Of a stretch of DNA of 64,000 nucleotides, positions 10,001 to 20,940 are shown piece by piece. The notes beneath the pieces are model-generated. The model worked only from the letters and a program-made list of their open reading frames with translations. It had not been told where the DNA came from and ran no database searches. How positions within the stretch are numbered: position 1 is the stretch's first letter; every line of letters starts with the position of its first letter. The position numbers were made by a program, and so were the translations under genes. Source of the stretch: Tubulanus polymorphus. Taxonomy: Eukaryota > Animalia > Nemertea. The stretch is taken from NCBI RefSeq assembly GCF_964204645.1, contig NC_134030.1, forward strand, positions 16,120,110 to 16,184,109, read 5' to 3'.

Positions 10001-12665
10001 AATCATAAAATATGTAATTAATAATTAAATGATAAGGTATTAAATGATATTACATTTTTCGATGCGTTGATAAAACATAGTCAAAAAGTGATGATCACAT
10101 TTGCAAAATATATCATAAATCACCATATAATAATTATCTAACAATGTTATGAGTAAATACCTTTATTCCTTCTCGGATGGTCTTGCACAGCTCTAATGTC
10201 ATAAATGTAGAATTGTTGAAGTTATGAATGCCATCTTGCCATTCCTGATAGCGATATGTCATCCCACATCCAATGCATTTCTTTATATGAACAGGTATAT
10301 CTACCAAATCAATTGAAGAATAATATATACGATAAAAAGAAACTGAATATTCACGAATATAAATAAGATAAACCTTCATATAATGTCCTACGTACTTTTA
10401 TGAACTTCATGAATACCAAAGATTCTACCAGAGCCAACTAATTGAGGGGACAATGTAGCATTGCAAGAAACGCATGACTCTTCACGAGGAACTATTGTTG
10501 AAATCTGTGCAACCTTGGTAGTGAGATCAGATGGTAAATCAACAGGTACCAGTTTTCTTTCAATTACGTACTGCAATTCTTTTTCATCAAGTTCGTTGTG
10601 GTTCGTTGTGGTGCATGGTTGGTTGGTTCCTGTTGTAACCGTAGCTCTATTATATTGGTTGTTATACCATGTACAACAAACTTTATGGACGCAGAATTTA
10701 GAGCCTTTGATACAATTACATCGATACAGTTTTCTCATACTGTCATACACCACAACCGTACGGCCCAATTTCGAATAATATCTCTTATCCTTGCACAGAA
10801 CAGAAAAATACCGATAACGATCAGACTGATCAAGAATCAAAGAGATTAGAGGAACACCATCTCTCAATGACTTTTCATACAGAGCTTCGACTTTTGGAAT
10901 ATGCTCGGCTTTAACGATGTTTCCATCAGCTAGTTCATTCAAATATTTCACATCCAATATTGGATTGTTCACAGTTGCGGTTACATAACTGACGGATTTT
11001 AGATGGGCGCATTCAAATGAATGATTACTTGAGATGGCAGCCGCATGCTTTGCATCCCTACAGCTCCTCAATTCACAGAAAATTTCTGAATTTTCTGTCG
11101 TTTTCTTTTTTACGTGAATCGGATTTGAATGTCCGATCATCGATGGGAAAACGGCAAATATCCCCTGTCTATTGTCGACGCAAACTGCTCGGTGGTGATG
11201 TCGCTCAGTGATCCTGCTTGCCGCCGCAGCTTTATTTTTCTGACATATATGGATATGTATTTTCATCCATTTCGAAGACAAAACTTTTTCACAATGGGGA
11301 CATTTCTCCGTTTTCTTTTGTTTGGTCGCATTGTTGCAACTATTAGTGTTGCACTGTTGTTTTTCTCTTACATGAGAAACAACAGGTTGCTGTTTTGGAT
11401 GACAACATTTTTCCATATGTTTAGAGAGTCTTCTTCTGTCGTGTGCTTTGTGATCACAAAAAAAGCAATGGTAGTGAGATCGCTTCATACAGTTTTGATG
11501 ACAGATAACACTATATAATCTTGAAATGGAAAAAAAGAAATATAAAAATCTACCTTTTGCAAATAGTCGCAATTGAGCAAAAACGCGATTTCCAGTAATT
11601 ATAGGGATATGTATGGTGGCTGATTCGGATCACGTAAAAAAAGAGAAATTATCCCACTCGATCTCCACCAATTTTTTTTACATATTAAAAACGTTGTTTT
11701 ACGCTACGTCAAGAACAAAGTTTAATTTAGAACGAAAAACTGGTTTTAACGTGGCATTAAAAAGAAAAATGTAGAATTCGAAAATTGGTGGAAACCGAGT
11801 GTCATCTATTATTTTTTTAATGTGGCCCGAATCACGAACCAGCCACAATAGACTATATGAGATCGTGCCAGTTCATTCCCCGCTTTCCTGGGACCGGTTC
11901 CATAATCAGGGCTTAGACTTAAGCGGCCGTCGCGTTATATAGCCTTGCATAAATCACAACATAACGAAACAAGACTACAAAACGCACTAGTTCAATGGCA
12001 CGAAGCTCTTTGAAAACCATCGTTTCGATAATTTTGGATTCCATATAGTTTTCGAAACAATTACATTCATAATTTATTTCAATTCACCATTTTGAAATAT
12101 TCACGTTTCTATTTTTTTTGGAAGAGAAAAATATATTGTTTATTCTTTATGTATCATTGATCGAATCTGAAATTAGATCGTATACCTCAGCTCAGTGACA
12201 TTGAAAATTCGTTGATAGACTTTTTATTTCAGATGATTCTATAGTGATGGCCGCTTGCTCTGGAGGTTTTCAGTAATGAAAATGAGTCAATTTTCATCTA
12301 AATGATGTGCCCGACAAAAAACGTTTTTACCTCATCGGTCAGATTTTTCATCACCCGTTGAGAAACTAATCGATTCAATTTAATGTATATATAAACCAAA
12401 AATGGAATACACAAGAAATTTAAAACCTAAAGAAGACTCACCGGTCTGAATCGTCTCTGTCCCTCAGAGGTACGGGTATTCTGGTCGTCCAGTGCACCTG
12501 CGACAAGTGTTGGTCGACATGATGTTTTTTCTTAGGCTTATACCTGACGTTGCTACATAAAGAGCAGTGGTACCTTTCACTTGGAGGTCTGTCCATGCAA
12601 CAGGTCAAAATACAAGGCTGGAGCCCAGCCTTCAAGTCGGACACATTCTTGAAGAAAGTGGCCAT
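4049..12665 (-). CDS. Multi-exon KDZ (HMGXB3/Kyakuja-like) transposase: Zn fingers, SWIM-like, CxC, SAP-like, KDZ catalytic core, Josephin DUB, PHD fingers
   Basis: ATG at 12665 (MATFFKNV); GT-AG exon boundaries readable at 12442, 11519, 10396; in-frame 87-nt intron 8686-8772; last exon ends in TAG at 4049-4051. Core GHTGGWAVGCCDHGVTYCIKNNFRGESPRDYVDL...ISICDSAH and YDWFHQENC resemble HMGXB3-type KDZ transposases. A single-transcript model is inferred. Confidence 0.75.
5549..5866 (-). CDS. Second PHD-like finger exon of the KDZ gene
   Basis: FCFCSKKVIVCNGFNCNWAIHPECIGG...YRCPMC. Confidence 0.65.
   Translation of the reverse strand: MENGRSFVSVQINGEFRIQLKLRSHQVWWVCKGHQKSFCFCSKKVIVCNGFNCNWAIHPECIGGNSDDYTFNYSYRCPMCQIEKLRRTWEVIQVFFWTNRLLCSC
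6270..6560 (-). CDS. PHD finger exons of the KDZ gene
   Basis: KYCICKK...(intron)...YIACERCVEWYHPVCIGL...FTCEKC: C4HC3 pattern. Confidence 0.8.
   Translation of the reverse strand, partial: YELPQSAAKYCICKKIDTGGLVYHDYIHSSNKIIIIPNYIRYLIFCSLYIACERCVEWYHPVCIGLGDLSQQEAERIGFTCEKCISSKRMVLGKNK
7115..8956 (-). CDS. KDZ gene: SAP-like motif, catalytic core and Josephin domain (ORF reads through an in-frame intron)
   Basis: VKEIRKFCKKAKVDSKGSTNDMILRLR (SAP-like); GGWAVGCCDHG, ESPRD, CDSAH, DWFHQ, SQRVEQ core motifs. Confidence 0.8.
   Translation of the reverse strand: MVGPIRYINRIVMQVKEIRKFCKKAKVDSKGSTNDMILRLRSMSMSRSKFDSLYEDIFGHTGKEHTAHSRALSSQKSHKHSIILRFFFLKGGWAVGCCDHGVTYCIKNNFRGESPRDYVDLERSLKHRPTISICDSAHLVARFANSRYGDMYRPHDGRLAESSDENIAQAKTRQITFEATFLKYIYEPNTEPIGNEDHPITRSSHHYILYDWFHQENCKSPVEILRRISLLDNVGGLIDSQRVEQEFSNRKKNLHFLNNMNPATHMFVFRLASHLRNEEINNALVNKLRENLGNDMLDRDQFGRAFVRDMTRGLDASLHGNESFPNSSNSVPNISRHTENTTSSSFVPKVSHNSDRQRSECTSYLRAVLNSDVSDIFRNLDFDNLNGDELLAAHSNLRYAAQVIGQTALPNRHAEVKSVKTQRGDFMQIQGSTNYCGLCAVNNAIGSDEDGSFSVSVYDMDRVSDEMWIRQLQNPGIGPTCMISALRDREGFYSMDVIMECLEQRGFQVLNIVSGVKNSRTYEELTELLTSAFLQTSLKRKMIIKPSDTDHWLVLEFNDNTFRLIDSSQPLPIDLDLFRGLDYLKNQSSNGAIYSVTNASCPATSLEVGHMKI
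7170..7690 (-). CDS. Josephin (ataxin-3/JOSD-like) cysteine-protease domain within the transposase
   Basis: FMQIQGSTNYCGLCAVNNAIG (Cys codon 7649-7651), EGFYSMDVIMECLEQRGF, DHWLVL (His 7304-7306), RLIDSSQPLP (Asp 7259-7261); His-to-Asp spacing of 15 residues, as in ataxin-3 H119/N134. Confidence 0.8.
9690..9995 (-). CDS. KDZ gene exon: Cys-cluster (HMGXB3 CxC-like) segment; ORF bounds, exon is internal
   Basis: QGYLHYEAMTSHSYDFYCISCGYYPPILIWDTFRKACF matches the HFEAL..Y.F.C..CG..PP..I.D pattern of HMGXB3-like proteins. Confidence 0.7.
   Translation of the reverse strand: MYFQNHVAIQTSINILTSLSGEQIPLNSLQQGYLHYEAMTSHSYDFYCISCGYYPPILIWDTFRKACFRYNRESMTVLRILCILCISFSLIKEIQGLTQVG
10396..11519 (-). 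CDS. KDZ gene exon: C2H2-type Zn fingers and SWIM-like motif
   Basis: HYHCFFCDH, CPHCEKVLSSKWMKIH, YRCNCIKGSKFCVHKVC within ORF 10388-11572; splice signals at both ends. Confidence 0.7.
11600..11860. mobile_element. Small foldback/MITE-like insertion in intron 1 (approximate bounds)
   Basis: gtggctgattcgg...actcgatctccaccaatttt mirrored by aaaattggtggaaaccgagt...ccgaatcacgaaccagccac. Confidence 0.45.
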
Positions 12666-13180
12666 TATTTTGAATATATTTCTACTATGCGGACATCACA
12701 AAACCGAGCACATCAATAACGCAAAGTTTTCGGTCTCTGGTATCTTCAAAGCAGTATTTGTAATACCAACGTTTAAGACCATGGATCGTGTCCCCGATAA
12801 GAAACGATTGAAATGAGCGTTTGTTTCAGTTTTCTATATGTTTTTTAAGAGTTGAGGTTGACGGGAGTTACTCAATTAGAGCATACCAACGTTAGTGATA
12901 CAACAGTTCTGTCAACACTAAGAAACCATTAAGCATTTGCCAGGTTTCTACGTTGTACATCTTCTAGGCTATATATGACAGCAATGCATTAAAACCATTT
13001 GTGATTAATTATATGCAACATCCTATGTTCTAACCGTCATAAACAGTTCCCACAAACACTGAAATAAATGTGTTTCGATGCTTATGTACCGTAACGCGAC
13101 GATGAATTTCATTAGCTATAATCGTTTGTATACATTTTACATAACTTGAACTTGAACCCATCGAAGTCTAATCGATGAGA

Positions 13181-13258
13181 GGCGCGGTGGCCGAGTGCAT
13201 TATGCCGCAGGTCGCTGGTCTCTTCAATTCACGGTTTGGTTCAAACCCTGGTGGCGAC
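13181..13258 (+). other. Degenerate tRNA-like sequence (Pol III A/B boxes), SINE-head-like
   Basis: ggcgcggtggccgagtgc (A box) and ggttcaaaccc (B box) at tRNA-like spacing; no convincing acceptor stem. Confidence 0.45.
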
Positions 13259-13506
13259 AATATTTCTCGGTCGAAGGTTCTTTTCTCCATTTAATTAGGA
13301 AAAAGAATCATCGAACCCTACGTGGCGCTTAGCGGTTTAAGAGTTTAAAAATAAGTCTAAAATAAGTCTTATTACGGTAAACAGCATTATTTACAGTGCA
13401 CGGGAAATTATAACTTTTGGGAGTAGAACGTGGTTTTCTGAATCTCCGGTCGCCGGAGACAGTTTTATGGGTCGACTAGATGGGAACGACAGGTGTGACG
13501 GGTCCA

Positions 13507-15110
13507 GGCGGGAACATAGGGTCCACGGGACTGTGTAGAGAGTAGAGACAGGTTTGAAGGGTCGAGACGGGAACATAGGGTCCACGGGACTGTGTAGAGA
13601 GTAGAGACAGATTTGAAGGGTCGAGACGGGAACATAGCGTCCACGGGACTGTGTAGAGAGTAGAGACAGATTTGAAGGGTCGAGACGGGAACATAGGGTC
13701 CACGGGACTGCGTAGAGGGAAGAGACAGATTTGAAGGGTCGAGACGGGAACATAGGGTCCACTGGACTGCGTAGAGGGAAGAGACAGTTTTGAAGGGTCG
13801 AGACGGGAACATAGCGTCCGCGGGACTGTGTAGAGAGTAGAGACAGTTTTGAAGGGTCGAGACGGGAACATAGTGTCCACGGGACTGTGTAGAGAGTAGA
13901 GACAGATTTGAAGGGTCGAGACAGGAACATAGTGTCCGCGGGACTGTGTAGAGAGTAGAGACAGGTTTGAAGGGTCGAGACGGGAACATAGGGTCCACGG
14001 GACTGTGTAGAGAGTAGAGACAGATTTGAAGGGTCGAGACGGGAACATAGCGTCCACGGGACTGTGTAGAGAGTAGAGACAGATTTGAAGGGTCGAGACG
14101 GGAACATAGCGTCCAAGGGACTGTTGAGAGAGTAGAGACAGTTTTGAAGGGTCGAGACGGGAACATAGGGTCCACGGGACTGTGTAGAGAGTAGAGACAG
14201 GTTTGAAGGGTCGAGACGGGAACATAGTGTCCGCGGGACTGTGTAGAGAGTAGAGACAGTTTTGAAGGGTCGAGACGGGAACATAGCGTCCACGGGACTG
14301 TGTAGAGAGTAGAGACAGTTTTGAAGGGTCGAGACGGGAACATAGCGTCCACGGGACTGTGTAGAGAGTAGAGACAGTTTTGAAGGGTCGAGACGGGAAC
14401 ATAGCGTCCACGGGACTGTGTAGAGAGTAGAGACAGATTTGAAGGGTCGAGACGGGAACATAGTGTCCGCGGGACTGTGTAGAGAGTAGAGACAGATTTG
14501 AAGGGTCGAGACGGGAACATAGTGTCCACGGGACTGTGTAGAGGGTAGAGGCAGATTTGAAGGGTCGAGACGGGAACATAGGGTCCACGGGACTGTGTAG
14601 AGGGAAGAGACAGATTTGAAGGGTCGAGACAGGAACATAGTGTCCGCGGGACTGTGTAGAGAGTAGAGACAGATTTGAAGGGTCGAGACGGGAACATAGG
14701 GTCCACGGGACTGTGTAGAGGGAAGAGACAGATTTGAAGGGTCGAGACAGGAACATAGTGTCCGCGGGACTGTGTAGAGAGTAGAGACAGATTTGAAGGG
14801 TCGAGACGCGAACATAGGGTCCACGGGACTGCGTAGAGGGAAGAGACAGATTTGAAGGGTCGAGACGGGAACATAGGGTCCACGGGACTGCGTAGAGGGA
14901 AGAGACAGATTTGAAGGGTCGAGACGGGAACATAGGGTCCACGGGACTGCGTAGAGGGAAGAGACAGTTTTGAAGGGTCGAGACGGGAACATAGCGTCCG
15001 CGGGACTGTGTAGAGAGTAGAGACAGTTTTGAAGGGTCGAGACGGGAACATAGCATCCACAGGACTGTGTAGAGAGTAGAGACAGATGTGACGGGTCGAG
15101 ACAGGAACAT
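13507..15110 (-). repeat. 59-bp tandem array, ~27 units, right arm, inverted relative to the left array
   Basis: Reverse complement of the left-array unit; period 59. Confidence 0.97.
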
Positions 15111-15918
15111 CGGAGTAAGATAACGCGTCATGAATTTAACAATCATCTTTATTTTTTTTTGCAAAATTCATACATTAACTTTCTTCATAAATTTGATGAA
15201 TTCGAATTGATTAATGGCAAATAAAACATGCCCCAAACAAAATGCCCCGGGCCGGGTCGTTTTTAGAAAAAAACGGTTTGAGAGATTTAAAGAAAGTTGA
15301 TTTTATTTTATAGAAACCAAAATAATTACACTCGTGTAATTTATTCAAGATTATATTTGAAATTAGTTTAGCTTTACCAGTAAATATATATTATTTCTAG
15401 GAGGAAATCTCGACGGGAAATTGCTTACTTCACTTCTCGAATTTTTTGTCCTGTTGACAGTGGAGGCGTTTTCTTGGCAAAAGTGCAGATCCACACCTCT
15501 CGTGATTGACGCAATCTGCTGAATGACAGAATCCAGGCTAAAATCTTTCTATGGAAGATACCCGGGTGAAGATATCTAAAAATTAACCAATGGCAATGTA
15601 CTGAATTGCTGAATTTTGAATCTGAAATATTGATATCATATGTAGGCCCTAATTGATTGAACCGTTTATGCGGAGAGGTGTGGATCTGCACTTAAGCTTA
15701 TACCGTTTCCTTCTTCGATCTTTTCAATGAAAAGTTTTCAAAAATCTAATTGACTTTTTAAAATTGTTGGTAGGTTCACATGCGAAAAACGAATCCGATT
15801 CGCGCCGTAGTTGTTTAGTTCAAATAATCGACTGCGGTGGCGCTATTGTACGGTAGGGTCGAGACGGGAACGGGTCGAGACAGTAACGGGTCGAGACGGG
15901 AACGTGGATGGCTCATAT
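15111..15918 (-). repeat. Right terminal inverted repeat, unique part, with a ~230-bp segment (15476-15703) absent from the left arm
   Basis: Direct comparison with 28-656. Confidence 0.85.
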
Positions 15919-15947
15919 ATATATGATCCATATGAGTTAAACTGCAG

Positions 15948-16418
15948 CGTCCCGTGAGAGGACCCGGGCCTGTGACGGGACATGGGTCCGCTCACGGGAC
16001 AAATGTAGAATTCTTACATGAAACGTCGATTCCAATGCTAGCGGTTTCGAGTCTCAATATTCTTATGTATTCTGCCTATAACGATTATGAATAAATAAAT
16101 TCAACTATCGATTGTAATTATTACATTTTCCATTTTGATTTCATTTATAAATACATAGGCCTGCCGAAAAATTCTAATTTACTGCAGGGCCAGGGGACAA
16201 TAGGGGATATGAATGCACGTTTTTCACGCAGGATTTTACAACGGAACCCGACTATTTTTCACGGGAGAGTATTTAAAAGTGGGTCCTCTCACGGGGCAGT
16301 ATTTAAAATCGGGTTCCTTCACGGAACAGTAAGTTGATTCGGGTCCTCTCACGGGACAATATTTAAAATCGGGTCCTCTCACGGGACAGTATTTAAAATC
16401 GGGTCCTCTCACGGGACA
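15948..16418. mobile_element. MITE-like element with subterminal ~30-bp repeats
   Basis: gtcccgtgagaggacccg at the left is inverted as cgggtcctctcacgggac at the right; ~5 tandem atttaaaatcgggtcctctcacgggacagt-like units at ~16255-16418. Confidence 0.6.
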
Positions 16419-16935
16419 GAAACACAGTCAGTTCACCAGGTAGACAGGTGGACAGGAGACAGAAACAGTCAGGTCTCCGGCCAGGTTAACAGAAGAGATA
16501 CATTCAGGTAGACAGGTGGACAGAAGACAGTCAGGTCTCCAGTAGAAACGAGACGATTACACAGTAGGTCTCTGTGAGTGAACAGATAGACATTCAGTAA
16601 CGGATGGGTGCGACAGGTGGACAGTTAGATGGATACTTACGAAAGAGAGGTGTTTTCAGCGATATACCGAAACTCTCCTGTACTGCGCGATCTTTCCATG
16701 GCCTCAATTATAACCACGTTAACTAAGTTTTCAATGCGTGAACGATATCATCAACTGCTATCATGTCCACAGACAATGCATTACATAAACAAGGAAAAGC
16801 GTATTTGTATCCACAGAGCATGTACAGGTTTCAGGGCATGGATGGGGCAGTTTGCCCCAGACATTCTTATAAAGCGCCCTCAGCTCAAATGTTGGGATGA
16901 CTGACGTCCGAGGATTAAAAACCTAGATACGGCCG

Positions 16936-17073
16936 GGGCCAGTTGCACAGTGGTGGTTTGACACCAAAAGTGGTATTGATTCTTAAGACTTGTGTCAAGT
17001 TGTTTGATTGGCTAGAGAACTAAGATGGTGTAAGACTGATCTTAAGTCCAAGCCGTGACTGTGCAACCGGCCC
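16936..17073. mobile_element. Short MITE with PIF/Harbinger-like GGGCC termini
   Basis: gggccagttgcacagt ... actgtgcaaccggccc inverted termini. Confidence 0.6.
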
Positions 17074-17224
17074 TATATAGCGATGAACAAAAATGAAGTG
17101 AGATATATATGCCTACATAATTCTCAAGGACTGCACAGAGTAAAACGAGCCGATTAAAAACCCGATAAATGAATGTTGGTGCACAAAATATATTTATTAC
17201 GATAACGGAATGAATACATTCTGG

Positions 17225-18931
17225 TCAGGCCAGTTCAGTACCATCATCATCGGTGATACGTCCGGAAACTATAGTGTGAATCAGTTCGTACTGCGGATGA
17301 TCTTTGATGACGTCAAGTAGTTGCCGGGACATACTTTCAACGGTGGCAAATTTTATTTTGTAGCGCTCGTGATCAATTGTGGCATCTTTCAGAAAGGGAC
17401 ACTGTTCAGGTATTGAGTCAGGTGCTGGCTTGAAAAATATTGGCTTCGTTAATGATGTTTTTTTTAAATGTTTTTGTTTAACGATGTTTTTACACATATC
17501 CAAAACCCACGGTCTGTAGTTGCTCCAGTTCGACTGCAAACAATAAGTTGACAATACATGAAAACATAATAAACATACGCGAATTTTGATTTGCAGTAAT
17601 TTTCGATTGACTTACTCTGAATTTGCTGCGATTGTGACCCCTTTATGTGCTTCTGAATGCTTCTAATTTCTAGAATTGAACCATCCAGGTGACACACTGC
17701 CTGTAACAATTTCAGGCGGAACGTCTTAATGGTTCCAATAGCAACCGTTTCCGCAGCCGATGGAAGCGTCTTAACTTGCCTGTAACATATTTCAAATTAC
17801 AATGAAGTGAAATGACGATGCAGTAACATTATTGAAAGAAATGATAAAGGTACCTCGGTATTATAGTGATTTCGAATATAATGTGCGAACTGTTACATAT
17901 GGAAACAGGCCTACTTAAATCGAGAAATATGGTTTTCTGTTGGTTGATCACATGCAGGAGCTTGTTGGCGGCTTGCAGGTGTTGGACGTTGATCGTGACT
18001 GGAATTTGAATCGGCCTTTCTTGATCAAGACAGTTAAAAACATACTCCAGAATGTGAATCGTAGCGGCCAGTCTTAAAACGTGTACCATATGACGTTTGG
18101 ATGACGTGTGCATGGGCTCATTTTCGTAAGCTTGGGAAATCGTCAGATATTGACTTTGGGTAGCTTCGTTTTCTGAAATGATAATAATAACAAAATGCTT
18201 ATGCATGCTGATGTCCAGTAATACAAAGTCGCCATCTATCCATTATCACTACTAAAATCGATACACCCAATGAATAAGAAACGACATGGGCGTAGTGAGA
18301 AGAATCAATGTATATTGACAGATATGTATATTTACCGTTTTCGGAATCAGTAGCATATTGGTCGTTAATGAACGATATGTAGGCATCTGTGATTGTGTCG
18401 AATTGAGCTGTGGCCTCCTCGTCCAATACATACATACTGTATGTCCGCATCCTTATGAATATCATAGATGTGTTTGAATATGTTTTCCACGTCAGAGATT
18501 CGATGATCACGCAGCTGTGTTACATGTTGTTTATTGACTGCAGACGTATACGCTTTCGGTTTCGTAACGAAAAACAGTAATCGGTCGATGAACCCATCAT
18601 TCGTACTAAACATCGCGCCTAGTTCATTAATTAGCGGTTCGACTTGCACTAAAATGTGCATACCGAGAGCAGTTTTCTCAAAACCACGCTCTCCAGTGGA
18701 TAATGTACTGGCATCGCCGATACCGCCCCACATTTTGCACACAAGGCTTCTTTCCGATTCACCTTTGTGCTGTTTGTTAATAATCTGCTGCAATAACCGG
18801 CTGCCTTCATCACTAATAATTAGGCCGTAGCCTTTGTTTTTCGATTGATGGTGCGGAATTCCGGCTGTCGAATATGTTTCGAGTTGCAAATTGTTTGTCG
18901 TATCAGCGGTATATTGGCGAAGGCCCGGCAT
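17225..18931 (-). pseudogene. Spliced DUF3987/YfjI-like (helicase-related P-loop) gene, apparently 5'-truncated
   Basis: GLIISDEGSRLL (Walker-B-like), ERSLVCKMWGG, LGMHILVQ, DGFIDRLLF, HVLRLAATIH; several exons with GT-AG junctions; no Walker A exon recognised upstream. Confidence 0.55.
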
Positions 18932-19464
18932 GACAACCGATCATCATGTGGTTGTAGTCCTCAAATTCAATTACAAGTCGGCAAACAATATTGGGCCCAA
19001 TATTGTTTTACACTTTGATATTTTTGCCTAAAAACCTCTAAAAATCGGTGGTTGGCGCAAGCAAAAGACATGAATAAAACAATTGGTAAAATGAATAAAA
19101 CAAAATAGACTTGGTTACACTACGGTGCAAAAGTAAAGGAATGCTCACATCGACAGTTCACGATGTATTGCATTTAGTGTCTACCTGACGACCCCAATTA
19201 CAGATAAACAGCAGGGGAATCTTCACATCGACAGTTCACGACGTATTGCATGTAGTGTCTACCTGCCAACCCCAATCACAGATAAACAGCCGATTTACTC
19301 AATTGAATTTACGCATATCGCACTATTTCGACGTATATCGGAGCCGAAATCTTTAATTAACTAAAATTCACACCATTCATTCTATATTTAAACTTGACAT
19401 GGAGTGGACATTATTCAATGTTGTGGTTGTAGTAGCCAATTTGCTCTCTCACTCGTCACAACCG

Positions 19465-20940
19465 GCTAATGTATGTCTATTGCAACTTGTTGACTTTGAC
19501 TTGAGACCACATCAGGTGGCCTAGCTCAGTCTGTTTTGGTGGTACATACCTGATAAAAGTCTTATTAGGACCAGAAAGTACTGGCAGTGGACTTTAAACA
19601 TTGATTTTTAATCCATTCTTCGCTTTATTGAAGGATATCAGGGGCGGATCCAGGGGGATGGGTAGACAGTATTGGAAGGAAATTTAAGGGCACGTTTCTT
19701 ATCTTAGGGCACACTCAGTATCCAGGTCAATGCGAGCGCCAAAGGCGCGAAGTCTTTCGAGGGGGGTTTGGGGACCCTCACCCAGAAAACTTTGAAAATA
19801 TGGTACCATTTAGGCCTAAAGGCTTTTAGAGGGCATCCAGAATAAACGAATCCAAGACAAGATTTCAACAGATGCGGATAAAAAATGAAGCTGGCGAACC
19901 CATGAAAGAATGGTTGTCGCCACAAGATCAACAATGAATTTCACAGAAGACACCCATGAAAAACACTGGCATTGTTTTTTATATTTTCCCTAGTGCCCCT
20001 ATAATCTTTAAAAGTGCAATTATACAGAATACGGCTAAGTGCCCCTTCATTGTTAACAATCGGCAAAAATTGCCTCGTCTTCACATTTATCCGTATGTCG
20101 TGTGCCGTATTCCAAACCAAAAGTGCCCCTAAAATTTTAAAAATTAGGCAAAAGAAGGGCCTTTTTTCTTCAGCATTCACTGCGAATTAAAGCCTGAGCG
20201 TGCCCCTTGAAAAGGCAAAGTGACCTTTTCATCAACATTCTCCGCGTATTGTGCCCTCTTCTAAAGTACGAGTGCCCCTTTAGCCCTCCCTGAAAAGGCA
20301 AGGACAAGATGCCCTCATCTAAAGCATGAGTGCCCCTAGAAAAAGGAAAGTGCCCTTTCTGATTTATCATGATTAAAGGCCTAATTTCAAATATGATTAT
20401 CTCTCATCACTTTCTCAGCAGCAGTATTTACTGATTAATTTTATAATTATGCCCGGATTCAGGACACAAAATTAGCGGTTACTTAAATAATGCCGTCAAA
20501 AATATCGCCGGTGAAATTTCGAAGGGCACTTAAAAATTATAGACCGTATTGGGCAATACGGCTTATACGGTCTGGATCTGCCCGTGGATATCCAAAAAGT
20601 CTTCATTGAAAGGGGTTCATGAGAGAAAAGAGACTCCATGATTTTAAAGTTTAGAAATGTTTCCATGCCTACCAACTGAAGTTTGGTGTGTAGGCATGGA
20701 AACATATTGTTAAACTTTCAAATCATGGTCATGGAGTCAATTTTCTCTTTTTAACCCCTTTCAGTGAAGACGTTTTGCATATCCTTCAATAAAGTGAAGA
20801 ATGGATTAAAAATCAATGTTTTAGGTCCAGTGCCAGTATTCTTGTCCTAATAAGACTTGTTTCAGGTATGGACCACCAAAACTGACTGAGCTAAGCCACC
20901 TGATATGCTCTCAAGTCGAGTTGAAATAGACATTAGTCTG
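19465..20940. mobile_element. Palindromic foldback element, interrupted by a nested insertion
   Basis: gacttgagaccacatcaggtggcctagctcagtc...ttattgaaggatat (19498-19638) is inverted at ~20779-20917; centre tttccatgcctaccaactgaagtttggtgtgtaggcatggaaa. Confidence 0.75.
19639..20586. mobile_element. Non-autonomous TIR element (hAT-like CAGGGGCGGATCCAG ends) with many gtgccc subterminal motifs
   Basis: caggggcggatccag ... ctggatctgcccgtg; gatat duplicated at 19634-19638 and 20587-20591; empty site gaaggatatccaaaaa seen in the sister copy near 22168. Confidence 0.75.

Larger units (their letters stand above)
27..15925 (-). mobile_element. ~15.9-kb DNA transposon of the KDZ (Kyakuja-Dileera-Zisupton) group, HMGXB3/Kyakuja-like, with long satellite-containing inverted arms
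   Basis: Left end catatgagctatccacgttcccgtctcgacccgttactgtctcgaccc... (from 28) is the reverse complement of the right end ...gggtcgagacagtaacgggtcgagacgggaacgtggatggctcatat (to 15918). Inverted similarity continues ~600 bp and then into inverted 59-bp arrays. Direct repeat atccatatgagtt flanks both ends (14-26, 15926-15938). Internal spliced transposase gene. Confidence 0.85.

Noticed and set aside
13181-13258. Functional tRNA gene
   Set aside because: Acceptor and anticodon stems do not pair convincingly; kept only as tRNA-like.
13391-15164. Three ~530-560-aa minus-strand ORFs
   Set aside because: Same satellite artefact in the inverted array.
19145-19290. Two-copy ~78-bp duplication, and a similar one near 46660-46755
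   Set aside because: Ordinary local tandem duplications with no further structure.
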